Assembly: GCA_963834755.1 (NCBI GenBank)
Contig: CAWICQ010000001.1
Coordinates: forward strand, 59,566 to 123,565
Reading direction: 5' to 3'
Length of the DNA: 64,000 bases
Origin: an uncultured Gammaproteobacteria bacterium
Lineage (GTDB): Bacteria > Pseudomonadota > Gammaproteobacteria > Xanthomonadales > Rhodanobacteraceae
Numbering within the stretch: position 1 is the first letter of the stretch; each line of letters begins with the position of its first letter. Positions 38,108-47,580 of this stretch are shown here, piece by piece. A program made the position numbers and the translations under genes. Under the pieces are notes generated by a model. It ran no database searches. It saw only the letters and a program-made list of their open reading frames with translations, and was not told where the DNA came from.

Positions 38108-38853
38108 TCCCGTCGAACCTGCGCGGCAAACAGGTACCCGGCTCCGCGCACGGACTTGATGATTTCCGGCCGCGCGGGATCAGTCTCGATCTTGCGCCGC
38201 AGCCGGCTGATCTGCACGTCGATCGCCCGGTCGAATGGACCGGCGTCGCGCCCGTGCAGGTGCGTCATCAAATCGTCACGCGACAACACGCGATTCGGAT
38301 GCTCCACGAGAATCTTCAGAAGCGCGAATTCGCCACTCGTCAGATCCACCGGCGCGCCATGCCGATCGATCAAGGAATACGCTCTTGCGTCGAGGCGGAA
38401 ACCCGAGAAAACCAGTGTCGAACCATCCTGCGCCGAACTTGCATCGCGTTCGCTCGTGCGACGCAGTACCGTGCGAACGCGCGCAAGCAGCTCGCGCAGA
38501 TCGAAGGGTTTGGTCACGTAGTCATCGGCACCGAGCTCGAGTCCGACGACGCGATCCACGGATTCCCCGCGACCCGTCACGATGATGACGGAACCGCGCC
38601 ATTGCTGGCGCAGATAACGCGTCAGATCGAAACCGTCCTCGCCCGGCAAACCCAGATCGAGCAGGATCAGATCGACAGAAATCTCCCTGGCGAGTGCCTC
38701 TCGCATCGCAGCGCCGTCGGTTGCCGTGCTGACGCGAAAGCCCTGCGCCGTGAAATAGCGCACGACCAGCGCGGCGATATCGGGATCATCGTCGACGATC
38801 AGCAGATGATGGTTGCAGACTTGGTTGGCGGAGGTGGAGGTCGAATCGTGCAT
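38104..38853 (-). CDS. OmpR/PhoB-family response regulator (FxkR-like)
   Basis: VDDD, LLDLGLP, GADDYVTKPF, FDRAIDVQISRLRRKIE; stop overlaps the kinase start. Confidence 0.93.
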   Translation of the reverse strand: MHDSTSTSANQVCNHHLLIVDDDPDIAALVVRYFTAQGFRVSTATDGAAMREALAREISVDLILLDLGLPGEDGFDLTRYLRQQWRGSVIIVTGRGESVDRVVGLELGADDYVTKPFDLRELLARVRTVLRRTSERDASSAQDGSTLVFSGFRLDARAYSLIDRHGAPVDLTSGEFALLKILVEHPNRVLSRDDLMTHLHGRDAGPFDRAIDVQISRLRRKIETDPARPEIIKSVRGAGYLFAAQVRRE

Positions 38854-38967
38854 GGCGTCGCGAGTTGTCGAACATCCTTGGTCTGTCTTCGTTCAAGAAA
38901 AGCGCTCACCAGAGCCGTGCGCGAATCCTAAGTGCGATGCGCTGACGATACAAACGATCGATGTCAG

Positions 38968-38998
38968 TGGCGGAAGGTTGGGATTCAAACCGCCGAGG
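38968..38998 (-). other. Degenerate tRNA 3'-end-like sequence (possible att scar)
   Basis: Reverse complement reads ...CGGCGGTTTGAATCCCAACCTTCCGCCA: near-canonical T-loop and a CCA end, but no 5' half. Confidence 0.4.
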
Positions 38999-39457
38999 CC
39001 GGCGTTTTCTGCGAAAACGGAGTTTTAGCGGCGCCGCGGTCCCTGCGGGCCGCGGCGGCGAATCCGTCGGTCGAGGGATTTGCGCGCCCGTCAACGTAAT
39101 TCCCCGGCACGGCCGTGATCCGGTCGTCGGACATCAACGGCGGGACCGGCAGCACGCTCGTCGGAGATCACAATTTGATCGGCTGGTCCGGACCAACGCC
39201 TCCCTCCCATACGCTCTTCACCGACGAGGCGAAGCTCGAGCCGCTCGCCGACACTGAGCCGCATACGCATCTGACCGATGCGACGACGCATGACGCCGGA
39301 TGGCGAACCCTGGGCCGGCGGATGGATCGATGCCGCTTGGCGATTACGATGCCGTCGATCCTGAGCTTGCGCAGTTCGACTATTGCCGGTTGGACGTCGG
39401 CAGGCAGACCGAAATCGAGAGCGCGCGCGTGGGGCTGCCGTTGTAGGCGAGTGGCCC

Positions 39458-40649
39458 CGTAATCTCCCCCGATCGCCGGACACCGCAGAAGTAGAACTTT
39501 CTGGCATGTTTAAGCCAGGAGGTTCCAATGAAGAAGTCGCGATTTACCGAGACGCAGATCTTTCGATCTGAAGCGGGCCGATGCGGGGATGCCGGTGAAG
39601 GACGTCTGCCGGCAGGCTGGGATCAGCGTGCCGACGTACTACCAGTGGAAGTCGAAGTACGGCGGGCTTGAAGCGTCCGATCTGAAGCGGGTGAAGGAGC
39701 TCGAGGCGGAGAATGCCAAGCTCAAACGCTGTATGCCGATTTGGCGCTGGAGAACGCCGCGATGAAGGACCTGATCGCAAAAAAATTGTAGGGCCGGCTC
39801 GCAAGCGCGAGGCGGTGCGGTATCTCGTCGAGGTACACGCCCTGCCGCTGCGCCGGTCCTGTGGATGCGTCGGTCTCTCGCGCTCGGCCTGGTACGACCC
39901 GCCATTGGACTGGACCGTGCGCGATGCCGAGCTTATTGCGGCATTGGCCCGGTTGGTAGAAGAGCGGCCCAGCCGCGGCTTCGGGATGTGTCGCAAACAA
40001 CTGCGCAGGACGACCCGTGCTGGAACCGCAGACGCATGTACCATGTGTACAAAGCCATGCATCTGAACCTACGTCGTAGCGCACGTCGGCGGCTGCCCAG
40101 GCGCGAACGCGCCGAGCTTTACATTCCGCGGCTGCCTGACACCGTGTGGTCCGCGACTTGATGGCCGAGCTTGGCATGCGGGCGACGCTCTCGCAACTTC
40201 AACGTCATCGACGACTTCAACCGCGAAGTGCTACATATCGAGGTCGACACCTCGATCACGTCACTGCGGTTGATCCGCATCTTCGAGCACCTGCGTTGCG
40301 AGCGCGGTCTGCCCCAGGTGCTCAGGACCGACAACGGTCCTGAATTCCTTGGCGAGGTGTTCGCGCAGTGGGCCAAGAGCCATGGCATGGCGATCCAATA
40401 CATCCAGCCCGGCAAGCCGAATCAGAACGCCTACATCGAGCGTTTCAATCGCACGTTCCGCGAGGACGTACTGGACCCGCACTTGTTCCTGCGGCTCGAC
40501 GACGTTCGTGAAGCGGCGCACTGGTGGATGATCGATTACAACGAGCAACGTCCGCATGACTCGCTCAGCGACATGACGCCTTGCGAGTACGCACAACAAT
40601 TCGCCGGAGGTTCTACTTCTGAAATGTCCGCTTGACGGGGATGATTACG
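39458..40649 (+). mobile_element. IS3-family insertion sequence, degenerate (~1.19 kb)
   Basis: Imperfect terminal IRs CGTAATC..CCCC....GGACA...CAGAAGTAGAAC; orfA MKKSRFTETQI...IAKKL with an A7 slip site; orfB DDE segments (DDFNRE, RTDNGPEF, IERFNRT); several frameshifts; no target duplication seen. Confidence 0.92.
39528..40635 (+). pseudogene. IS3 orfA/orfB transposase, multiply frameshifted
   Basis: Homology pieces fall in ORFs 39713-40066, 39865-40161 and 40171-40635, plus two indels in orfA. Confidence 0.85.
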
Positions 40650-42062
40650 GTTCGTTTTCTGGAATCTTTTTCACCGTTAGCTTCGCTTGGCGCAATCCGT
40701 TCATGAGTGCCTGCCCGGAACCTGTGTCGTACCAAGTTTTGGGGTCGAGGCTGCTCACGTCCGGACCAAAGATGTTGGTGTGGCCATCGCCAGCAATCAG
40801 CATTAGGGCGCGGGATGTCTTCGCGGCGCGGGTCTCAAAGTCAATACCCCAGAGATATTGGTACGTGACGGTGTTGCGCAGTTGAATGCTCGTGCTGTTG
40901 CGGAAGCTCAAGTACGCGTAACGGAAAACACGCCGGACCCGCAGGCAGGGTCCATCACATACTCCTTGCGCGTTGGATTGAGCATACGTACGCACATTTC
41001 AACGACGTGTCGGGGAGTGAAAAACTGACCCTTCTTCTTCTTGGCTTCGGTCGGTAGCAGATACTCAAAGGCGTCGTCCATGATGCGCAGATTCGATCCC
41101 TCAGCCGCACCCCCTCGATGGGACCGACACAAACTTGCAGGTGTCGTTTGGCCAGTTCGATGTCTTCGTCTGCCTTGAAAATGCCGGGCCATTCGTCGCA
41201 GGCCTTATGGAAAAAGTTGTTGATGCGGTCGAAGGTGATCTCCGGATCAAGGCTTTGCGAAACTCGACTACCTTATCCTGGCCGATTCTTCTAACGCTTC
41301 CTTCTCGTCCCAAATCTTCGCAAAAATGAGCTTAAAGATTTCATTGAACTCATCTTTGCCACTGTCAGCTAAGACCAGCTCTTCAAGATCCTGGATGATC
41401 TTCTTGAAGTTGAAATCCTTTTTAAGTTGCAGAAGCGTTTTCTTCGCCTCTAAAACATCTTTCGGTTCCTGTCCTCGCTTCGGAATGTCGAACAGAGTGT
41501 CTCGAATTGCGCCGGGTAAGGACGGTAGAGGATGATGCTATCGGCACCGTTAGACCAGACGGCTAACGGATGCTCCCTTGGCGTTCATGTAACTTTTTAG
41601 CTGCTCGATGCCGTCCTTGCGTTTTGGCTTCTTGCACTCAACGATTAGCTTCGGGGTCACCTTTGTTGTATCGGTGTAGACGATGATGTCCGCCGCCTTG
41701 GTGCCGACTTCCGTCCCAAATTGGACGCTCTTCTCGAGGTCAATTTCGTCCGCTTTATAGCCATACTCGTGCATTAGCTTGTAAACCCAGAGTTGGCGCA
41801 CGATTTCTTCAGGCGCTGACTTGCCACCCTCGACGTACACCTGGACTTCCTCGTTGCCAGTGGAAAACGGGACGAAACTCTTCAGGTAGTACTTGATTTT
41901 GCCGGCGTCCTTTCCGGTGGTCACCGCCTTTGGGTAGATCGAAATGATTTCGTGAATGGGTTTGCCCAAATTCTCGAATTCAGTCAATTCGAACTTGATG
42001 CCAGGCTCTTTGAAGATCCGGTCGATGACTTCTTTTGTGTTCATGCTTGGTTTTTCGCTCAT
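40650..42062 (-). pseudogene. Restriction-nuclease + N6-adenine methyltransferase fusion (type IIG/type I-like), frameshifted and truncated by the IS
   Basis: N-terminal PEEIVRQ...ADIIVY...IVECKK (HsdR_N-like); GQFFTPR; DPACGSG motif I; LWGIDFE...LMLIAGDG. Ends at the IS before any NPPF/Y motif. Confidence 0.85.
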
Positions 42063-42362
42063 GGCTCTCTTTTGTCTCCAGGCCGCCGTTGTCCGGCGCT
42101 TGTAGTCCGCTCAGCGCGAGCGGGCACTGCTTCCTTTGCTTGAATCGGCCCGTCGACACTCTATGCAGCTCCGCGCGTAACTTGCACGCTCGCGCGAGCG
42201 ATCTCAATTTGAAGCTGCCTGGACCGACGGACTGGGAATTCGCGACATTATCCAAGAAATCGGCCTGCTGTCGACACGATGCGGTCGCGAGCGTTGACGC
42301 ACTGCAGAGCAGGCCAATGCGGGCACAAGGGCTTGAAGCATGTGACTGGCACCATTCGTGGT

Positions 42363-43376
42363 TCAATTTACCGCGTCTTTACCGATAGGCGCCAGCGGCA
42401 GTTCTGCTCGAATGTCCTCTGGCAATTTGTCATAGGTCCTAAAGACAGCAGCGAGAATGTCGGACTGATCCCACAGCCGTATATGAAAGTGCTGAGGTTT
42501 CGCCTCCTGCTCTACCGTCTTCAAGAACCCGGACCACGAAACGAGTAATCCAAGGTCTGCCTTGTAGGTCTGCATGATGCCTAGAAGCGACCGATAGACG
42601 GTGGTGTTAGATGCCGAATCTCCAGACTTGACCTGCACTAGCAATCTAGGACTTTCGAGACCGAAGAGGGCCGCGCCCGGCAAGAATGTCGACACCCCCG
42701 TCCGCCCCTGGAGGCGAGATATCCGTTTGGTAACGATCTGCGTGCAATATCGCAGCCACAAGCCGGGCCAACCCGTGTCCTGAAAATTGGCTCTGAATGT
42801 ATCGAGTGATCTGATCTTCTGTCGCGGCTTGGAGATCAGTTGCTGGCAATGCCACCAGCCAGCTGCGGCGCGTCGCGGTCAGCCAACAGCGCCGGCATCC
42901 TTGTTCCATATCAGCACCGCTTGCACTCTTTCCAGCGCGTTGTTCCGGCTGATCTCACACACCGTCATGAATGCGCCGAACGAATACAACAGGTCTTGCT
43001 TGAAGGTCGATCGCGGCAAGTTCGGCCGAAGCCAATTCACCTGAATGGCATGCTTTCCCTCAACAGCGTCTTTTAGATACCGGTATCCGCCCGTTACTTT
43101 GCCGACGGCGATCTGTGACCTGGTCTTTACCGGCATGACGACAATGTCATCTACCGCGATGCGACGCGCAAACGCATCCAGCTGCGCCGAATGATTGATT
43201 ATTTTCTTTGCTCCCGCGGATGGCTGGCTTGCTTGTAGCAGCGCAGCGATGTCCTCTCTAGATTTTGCTTGGGATAAATCCGGCACCTCAACCCACCCAA
43301 TGACGGCCAGTCCGTGCTCTAAGCTGTACGCTTCGGTCTCACCGTGCTTGCCGCCTCTAACCAACCAAACCTTCAT
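42363..43376 (-). pseudogene. Mrr-like restriction endonuclease, split over three frames
   Basis: MKVWLVRGG...IGW N-terminus; SPPGADGGVDILAG and LVQVKSG (D...QxK nuclease motif); GLLVSWSGF. Confidence 0.85.
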
Positions 43377-43580
43377 CGGTGATCTCCTCCAAGGCGAGGC
43401 CGAATACTAGGATGTTTTGAAACACCTGCGAGGGACGCAAACTGGCGAGGGGAGTCTCGATGGCTACGACACGAGTCTCCCGATCGAGACGAATCGGACG
43501 TTGCGGTCGAAGGTCGGTGCATGCCGTTCGACGAAGCCGATGACTAAATCGCGTTACTCAACGGCTAAAAAAGACGGCGC

Positions 43581-43600
43581 GGTGACTCAGTGGTGACTCA
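43581..43600. repeat. GGTGACTCA direct repeat near the tRNA 3' end
   Basis: GGTGACTCA-GT-GGTGACTCA, about 47 nt from the tRNA CCA end. Confidence 0.6.
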
Positions 43601-43646
43601 ACATGAATGCCACGGTTTACAAAGACGGCTAACAGTTTGATTTTAT

Positions 43647-43722
43647 TGGTGGCCAGGGACGGAATCGAACCGCCGACACGGGGATTTTCAGTCCCCTGCT
43701 CTACCAACTGAGCTACCTGGCC
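43647..43722 (-). tRNA. tRNA-Phe (GAA)
   Basis: GGCCAGGTAGCTCAGTTGGTAGAGCAGGGGACTGAAAATCCCCGTGTCGGCGGTTCGATTCCGTCCCTGGCCACCA; 76 nt with encoded CCA. Confidence 0.98.
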
Positions 43723-43973
43723 AGAAGCGTGCTTCGCGATTGTGCGGCAGGTGAGGGCCGCAGCGGGGCCGCGTATTAAAGCGGCCGGGTTCCGGCGCGT
43801 CAAGCGCGCTCGCGAGGGCGCGCGCAAGGCGTCTTCGCAAACGAAAAGGCACCTGGCGACCTCGTCGCCGTGCTTGCGCAGCTAGATGACCAGCCGGTCA
43901 TGACTTCCGGCCTGTTGCAGCCGTCGCAATTTTCTACTACACATGTAGTACGACGACTGTAGAAACACATCCG

Positions 43974-44363
43974 ATGACCAAGCGGGACGACGTCAGCCTG
44001 AGCGAATTGCAGATTGCGTTGATGCGCGTGCTCTGGCGACGCGGCGAGACCAGCACGGCCGACGTCGCAAGCGAGCTCGCCGAGGACCGCGGCTTGAAAC
44101 ATACGACCATCGCCACGGTGCTGACGCGATTGGAAAAGCGCGGCGTGGTCGCGCAACGGCGCGAAGGTCGTCAGCTTTTCTATCGCGCATTGGCCGGCGA
44201 AGCTCAGGTGCGACGCTCGATGGTGGCGGATTTGCTCGGAGCACTGTTCGGCGGCGACGCGCGCGAACTCGTCGCGCATCTGGTCAAGGAATCGGAAATA
44301 GCGCCCGGCGATCTCGCGAAAGTTCGCCGGCGTCTGGCGCGTGGAGGGCAGAATGGCGAGTGA
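43974..44363 (+). CDS. BlaI/MecI/CopY-family repressor
   Basis: LSELQIALMRVLW, TTIATVLTRLEKRG, LFGGD..ELVAHLV. Confidence 0.92.
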   Translation: MTKRDDVSLSELQIALMRVLWRRGETSTADVASELAEDRGLKHTTIATVLTRLEKRGVVAQRREGRQLFYRALAGEAQVRRSMVADLLGALFGGDARELVAHLVKESEIAPGDLAKVRRRLARGGQNGE

Positions 44364-46752
44364 AATCCTCACGGCGTGGTTGCTGACGGTCGCGCTGCAC
44401 GCCAGCGTCCTGCTTTGCATCGCGTGGCTGATCGATCGCGGATCATTGCGCGCGCGACCCGCGTGGCGCGAAACGCTCTGGCGCGCAGCGTTTTTCGGCG
44501 GCGCTATCACGGCGAGTGCGCAAGTACTGCTCGAGACACCGGCTTCGGCGCGAATCACATTGCTGACGAATTCCACGCACAGCACTGCGCCGCGCGGTGC
44601 GTCCTCGACGGTAGCGGCGCCGCCCGCGAAAAATCGCGCGGAGAAGGTCGCTCCCGCAGAACAGCCTTATGTAGCCGCTCGATCGCCGGCGTCGACGTCG
44701 ATCGCGCAGGTGAAAGCGAATGGCCGCGATGATGCGATGAAACCTTCGTCGCGCGGAACACCACTCGTGCTTCCTTCCTGGCATCTGATGCTGATCGCAG
44801 GCTGGCTCGCCGGTGCATTGATCGCTTTGGCGCGACTGACGGTGGTGTGGCTCAACCTGCAACGCTCGTTGACGCGCGCCGAATCGATCGACAACGCCCA
44901 GCTCGCGACCGATGCAACAGCGCTCGCGATCCAGGCGGGCATCGAAACACCGCGCCTCGGCGCACTCGACGAACTGGCGAGTCCGATCGCCGCACGAGGC
45001 CGCATTCTGCTGCCGTCCTGGGCGCTGGAGCTGCTCGATCGCGAACAATTGCGCGCGATGCTCGCGCACGAAACCGCGCACATCGCGCGTCGCGATCCGG
45101 AATGGAAGCTCGCGATCGCGATGTGGCGTGCGTTGTTCTGGTTCGTGCCGCTGGCGACGCTTGCTCGGCGCAGGCTCGATGAAGTAGCGGAAATTTCCTG
45201 CGACGCGTGGGCGGCGATCCATCTGGGCGACGGCCGTTCGCTTGCCGAATGCCTCGCCGAATGTGCGGAACGTCGGATCGGCGGCGTCGACATCGCGCTC
45301 GCGCCGGCGATGGCCGGACGCGAATCGCCGCTATTGCGACGCATCGATTATCTGATTGCGGGGGTACCCATGAATACGAGCAGTGCCGGCATGCGTGCGG
45401 CCATCGCCGTTGTTGCGGCGCTCGCGATCGGCGCATTCGCGCTGCCTGGCGTGAGCCTTCGTTCGGCCGCGGCACAGTCCGCGCCACCGGCTCCGCCAAC
45501 GCCACCCATTCCCGACGCGCCGCCGGTTCCCGCTGCGCCGGCCGTTCCTGCGGCGCCCACAGCGCCCGCGGAAGGTCATCACGTTCATGTGTCCTCGGAC
45601 ATCTCCATCAACGGTCGGCGCGACGTGATGATGGTGCAGGTCAACGACAGCCGGCACAGCTACAGCGTTAAGATCGATGGCAAAGTCGAATTCAACGGCA
45701 GCGAAGACGATATCGCGAGTCTCGCCGACGGCGGCACCGCGACATTTTCGGAAACGCATCTGGGCAAGACACAGCGCGTAGAGATCGCGAGTCGCGGCGG
45801 CAAGCTCGAGCGCCGCTACTTCGTCGACAACAAGGAACAGCCGCTCGACGCGAATGCACGTCAGTGGATGGCCGCGCTGATTCCTAGCGTGATCCGCGAA
45901 ACCGCCATCGACGCCGAAGGCCGCGTGAAACGCATTCGTGCCAAAGGTGGCGCCGCTGCGGTGCTCGACGAGATTGCGCACATCGATTCCGGCTACGCAC
46001 GCGGCGTTTATCTGCGTGCGCTCGCCGGCAGCGGCAAGCTCACATCCGCCGAGATGACGCGCGCGCTGGAGCTCGTCGACGCAATCGATTCCGATTACGA
46101 AAAGCGCAATGCGCTCGCCGCGCTCGCTGCGATGCAACCGTTGGATGCGGCCCAGCAAAAGCTCGTGATCGCGCAGGCCGACAAGATCAACTCCGACTAC
46201 GAGCGAGCCGAACTCCTCGTCGGCATGCTGCCGCAGCTCGCGCCTGCGGACGACGTGCGTGCGGCATGGCTCAAGGCCGCCTCTGGCATCAGTTCCGACT
46301 ATGAGCATCGGCGCACGTTGTCGGCGATGCTCGATTCGGGTCATGCGGACGAGGCGACACTCACGGCGGTCGTCGACGCCGCGCACACGATCGGATCCGA
46401 CTACGAGCGCCGCGAACTGCTGACGTCTGCCGTACAGCGTACGCACGATGCCGAGAAGCTCGCGGTGGCGTATGCCGGTGCGGCTTCCAAGATCGGCTCC
46501 GACTACGAGCGGCGCGAAGCGTTGACCGCGCTGATCCGCGCGCCGGGCTTCGGCAAGGACGGCTCGCGCGCGGTGCTCGATGCGCTCTCCGGTATCGGCT
46601 CGGATTACGACTGTCGCGAAGTGCTGGTCGCCTTGGCCAAAGTGATGCCGAACGATCCGGACCTCATCGCGCGCTATCGCACGGTTGCGCGGCGTTTGTC
46701 CGACTTCGATCGCGGCCAGGCCGAACGCGCGCTGGATCGCTTCACGAGTTGA
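44353..46752 (+). CDS. M56 (BlaR1-like) membrane metallopeptidase with a C-terminal 34-aa repeat domain
   Basis: AHETAHIARRD, WFVPL...E.SCDAWA, LLRRI; Pro/Ala linker; seven SDYE-type repeats. Confidence 0.9.
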   Translation: MASEILTAWLLTVALHASVLLCIAWLIDRGSLRARPAWRETLWRAAFFGGAITASAQVLLETPASARITLLTNSTHSTAPRGASSTVAAPPAKNRAEKVAPAEQPYVAARSPASTSIAQVKANGRDDAMKPSSRGTPLVLPSWHLMLIAGWLAGALIALARLTVVWLNLQRSLTRAESIDNAQLATDATALAIQAGIETPRLGALDELASPIAARGRILLPSWALELLDREQLRAMLAHETAHIARRDPEWKLAIAMWRALFWFVPLATLARRRLDEVAEISCDAWAAIHLGDGRSLAECLAECAERRIGGVDIALAPAMAGRESPLLRRIDYLIAGVPMNTSSAGMRAAIAVVAALAIGAFALPGVSLRSAAAQSAPPAPPTPPIPDAPPVPAAPAVPAAPTAPAEGHHVHVSSDISINGRRDVMMVQVNDSRHSYSVKIDGKVEFNGSEDDIASLADGGTATFSETHLGKTQRVEIASRGGKLERRYFVDNKEQPLDANARQWMAALIPSVIRETAIDAEGRVKRIRAKGGAAAVLDEIAHIDSGYARGVYLRALAGSGKLTSAEMTRALELVDAIDSDYEKRNALAALAAMQPLDAAQQKLVIAQADKINSDYERAELLVGMLPQLAPADDVRAAWLKAASGISSDYEHRRTLSAMLDSGHADEATLTAVVDAAHTIGSDYERRELLTSAVQRTHDAEKLAVAYAGAASKIGSDYERREALTALIRAPGFGKDGSRAVLDALSGIGSDYDCREVLVALAKVMPNDPDLIARYRTVARRLSDFDRGQAERALDRFTS

Positions 46753-46852
46753 CGACATTCGCGCGAGTTTGCGCGCCGCTCGGCAGGGCGGCGTTCAGCG
46801 CCGTGCGTCGAAAGCGCGCTATCTTCCGTCATGGGTTGAAGGATGACGGAGA

Positions 46853-47266
46853 ATGGCGATGAAAAATAAACTCGTCTTGGGCCTCCTGTTTGCGGTGCTG
46901 TGCGTGAGCGGCGCGCAAGCGCAGACGCGCAAGACTCAGCAGGAGAATCTCGAACGCTTCGAGAAATATACGGGCGAGCCGGTCGACCAGTTCCAGTTCT
47001 GGTCGCTCTACAAGTGGCAGCTCGTCGGGCCGACCAAGGTCGTCGTGTGGCCGACGATCAATCAGGCATATCTCTTGACCGTGAACGAACCATGTCCTGG
47101 CCTCGAATGGGCAAACACGATCGGCGTCACGTCGAAACAGCGGCATCTGGTGAGCAGCAAGTTCGACTACGTGACGTATGGCAAGGGTCGATGCCAGATC
47201 AGCGAGATCCGCCCGATCGATTACAAGAGGATGCTCAAGGACGGCCCGGACGCGAAAGCAAACTAG
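46853..47266 (+). CDS. Secreted protein (DUF6491-like)
   Basis: Signal peptide; W......VVVW....QAYLL.V..PC..L...IG...C.I..IRPID pattern. Confidence 0.7.
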   Translation: MAMKNKLVLGLLFAVLCVSGAQAQTRKTQQENLERFEKYTGEPVDQFQFWSLYKWQLVGPTKVVVWPTINQAYLLTVNEPCPGLEWANTIGVTSKQRHLVSSKFDYVTYGKGRCQISEIRPIDYKRMLKDGPDAKAN

Positions 47267-47308
47267 AGACGTGTCGTGCGCACGTCACGAGTGCGCGCGA
47301 TGTGTCCG

Positions 47309-47578
47309 CTATTCAGGCGCGACGTAGCCGACCGGTTTCTCCGAGCCATCGCCGAAGAAATACTTTTCCATTTCGGCGGAAAGGAACGCGCGCGTTTTCG
47401 GCTCGAGCGGATTCAGCCGGTTCTCGTTGATCAACATCGTCTGATGCGCGAGCCACGCCTGCCACGCTTCTTTGGAGACGTTCTGGTAAATGCGTCGGCC
47501 GAGCTCGCCGGGCCACGGCGCGAACGCGAGCCCTTCGGCTTCGCGGCCGAGTTTCACGCACTGAACGGTTCTTGCCAT
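47309..47578 (-). CDS. yggX: Oxidative damage protection / Fe(II)-trafficking protein
   Basis: [11 protein letters not shown]...[22 protein letters not shown]. Confidence 0.93.
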   Translation of the reverse strand: MARTVQCVKLGREAEGLAFAPWPGELGRRIYQNVSKEAWQAWLAHQTMLINENRLNPLEPKTRAFLSAEMEKYFFGDGSEKPVGYVAPE

Positions 47579-47580
47579 CG

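Noticed and set aside
39000-43646. Prophage or active integrative element
   Set aside because: No integrase, phage structural or conjugation genes, and no exact att duplication of the tRNA-Phe 3' end.
43558-43827. 89-aa ORF
   Set aside because: It is a translation across tRNA-Phe.
43974-46752. Beta-lactam resistance blaI-blaR1 locus
   Set aside because: No penicillin-binding sensor domain and no beta-lactamase; the MBL-fold genes in the window are of the RNase and YtnP types.
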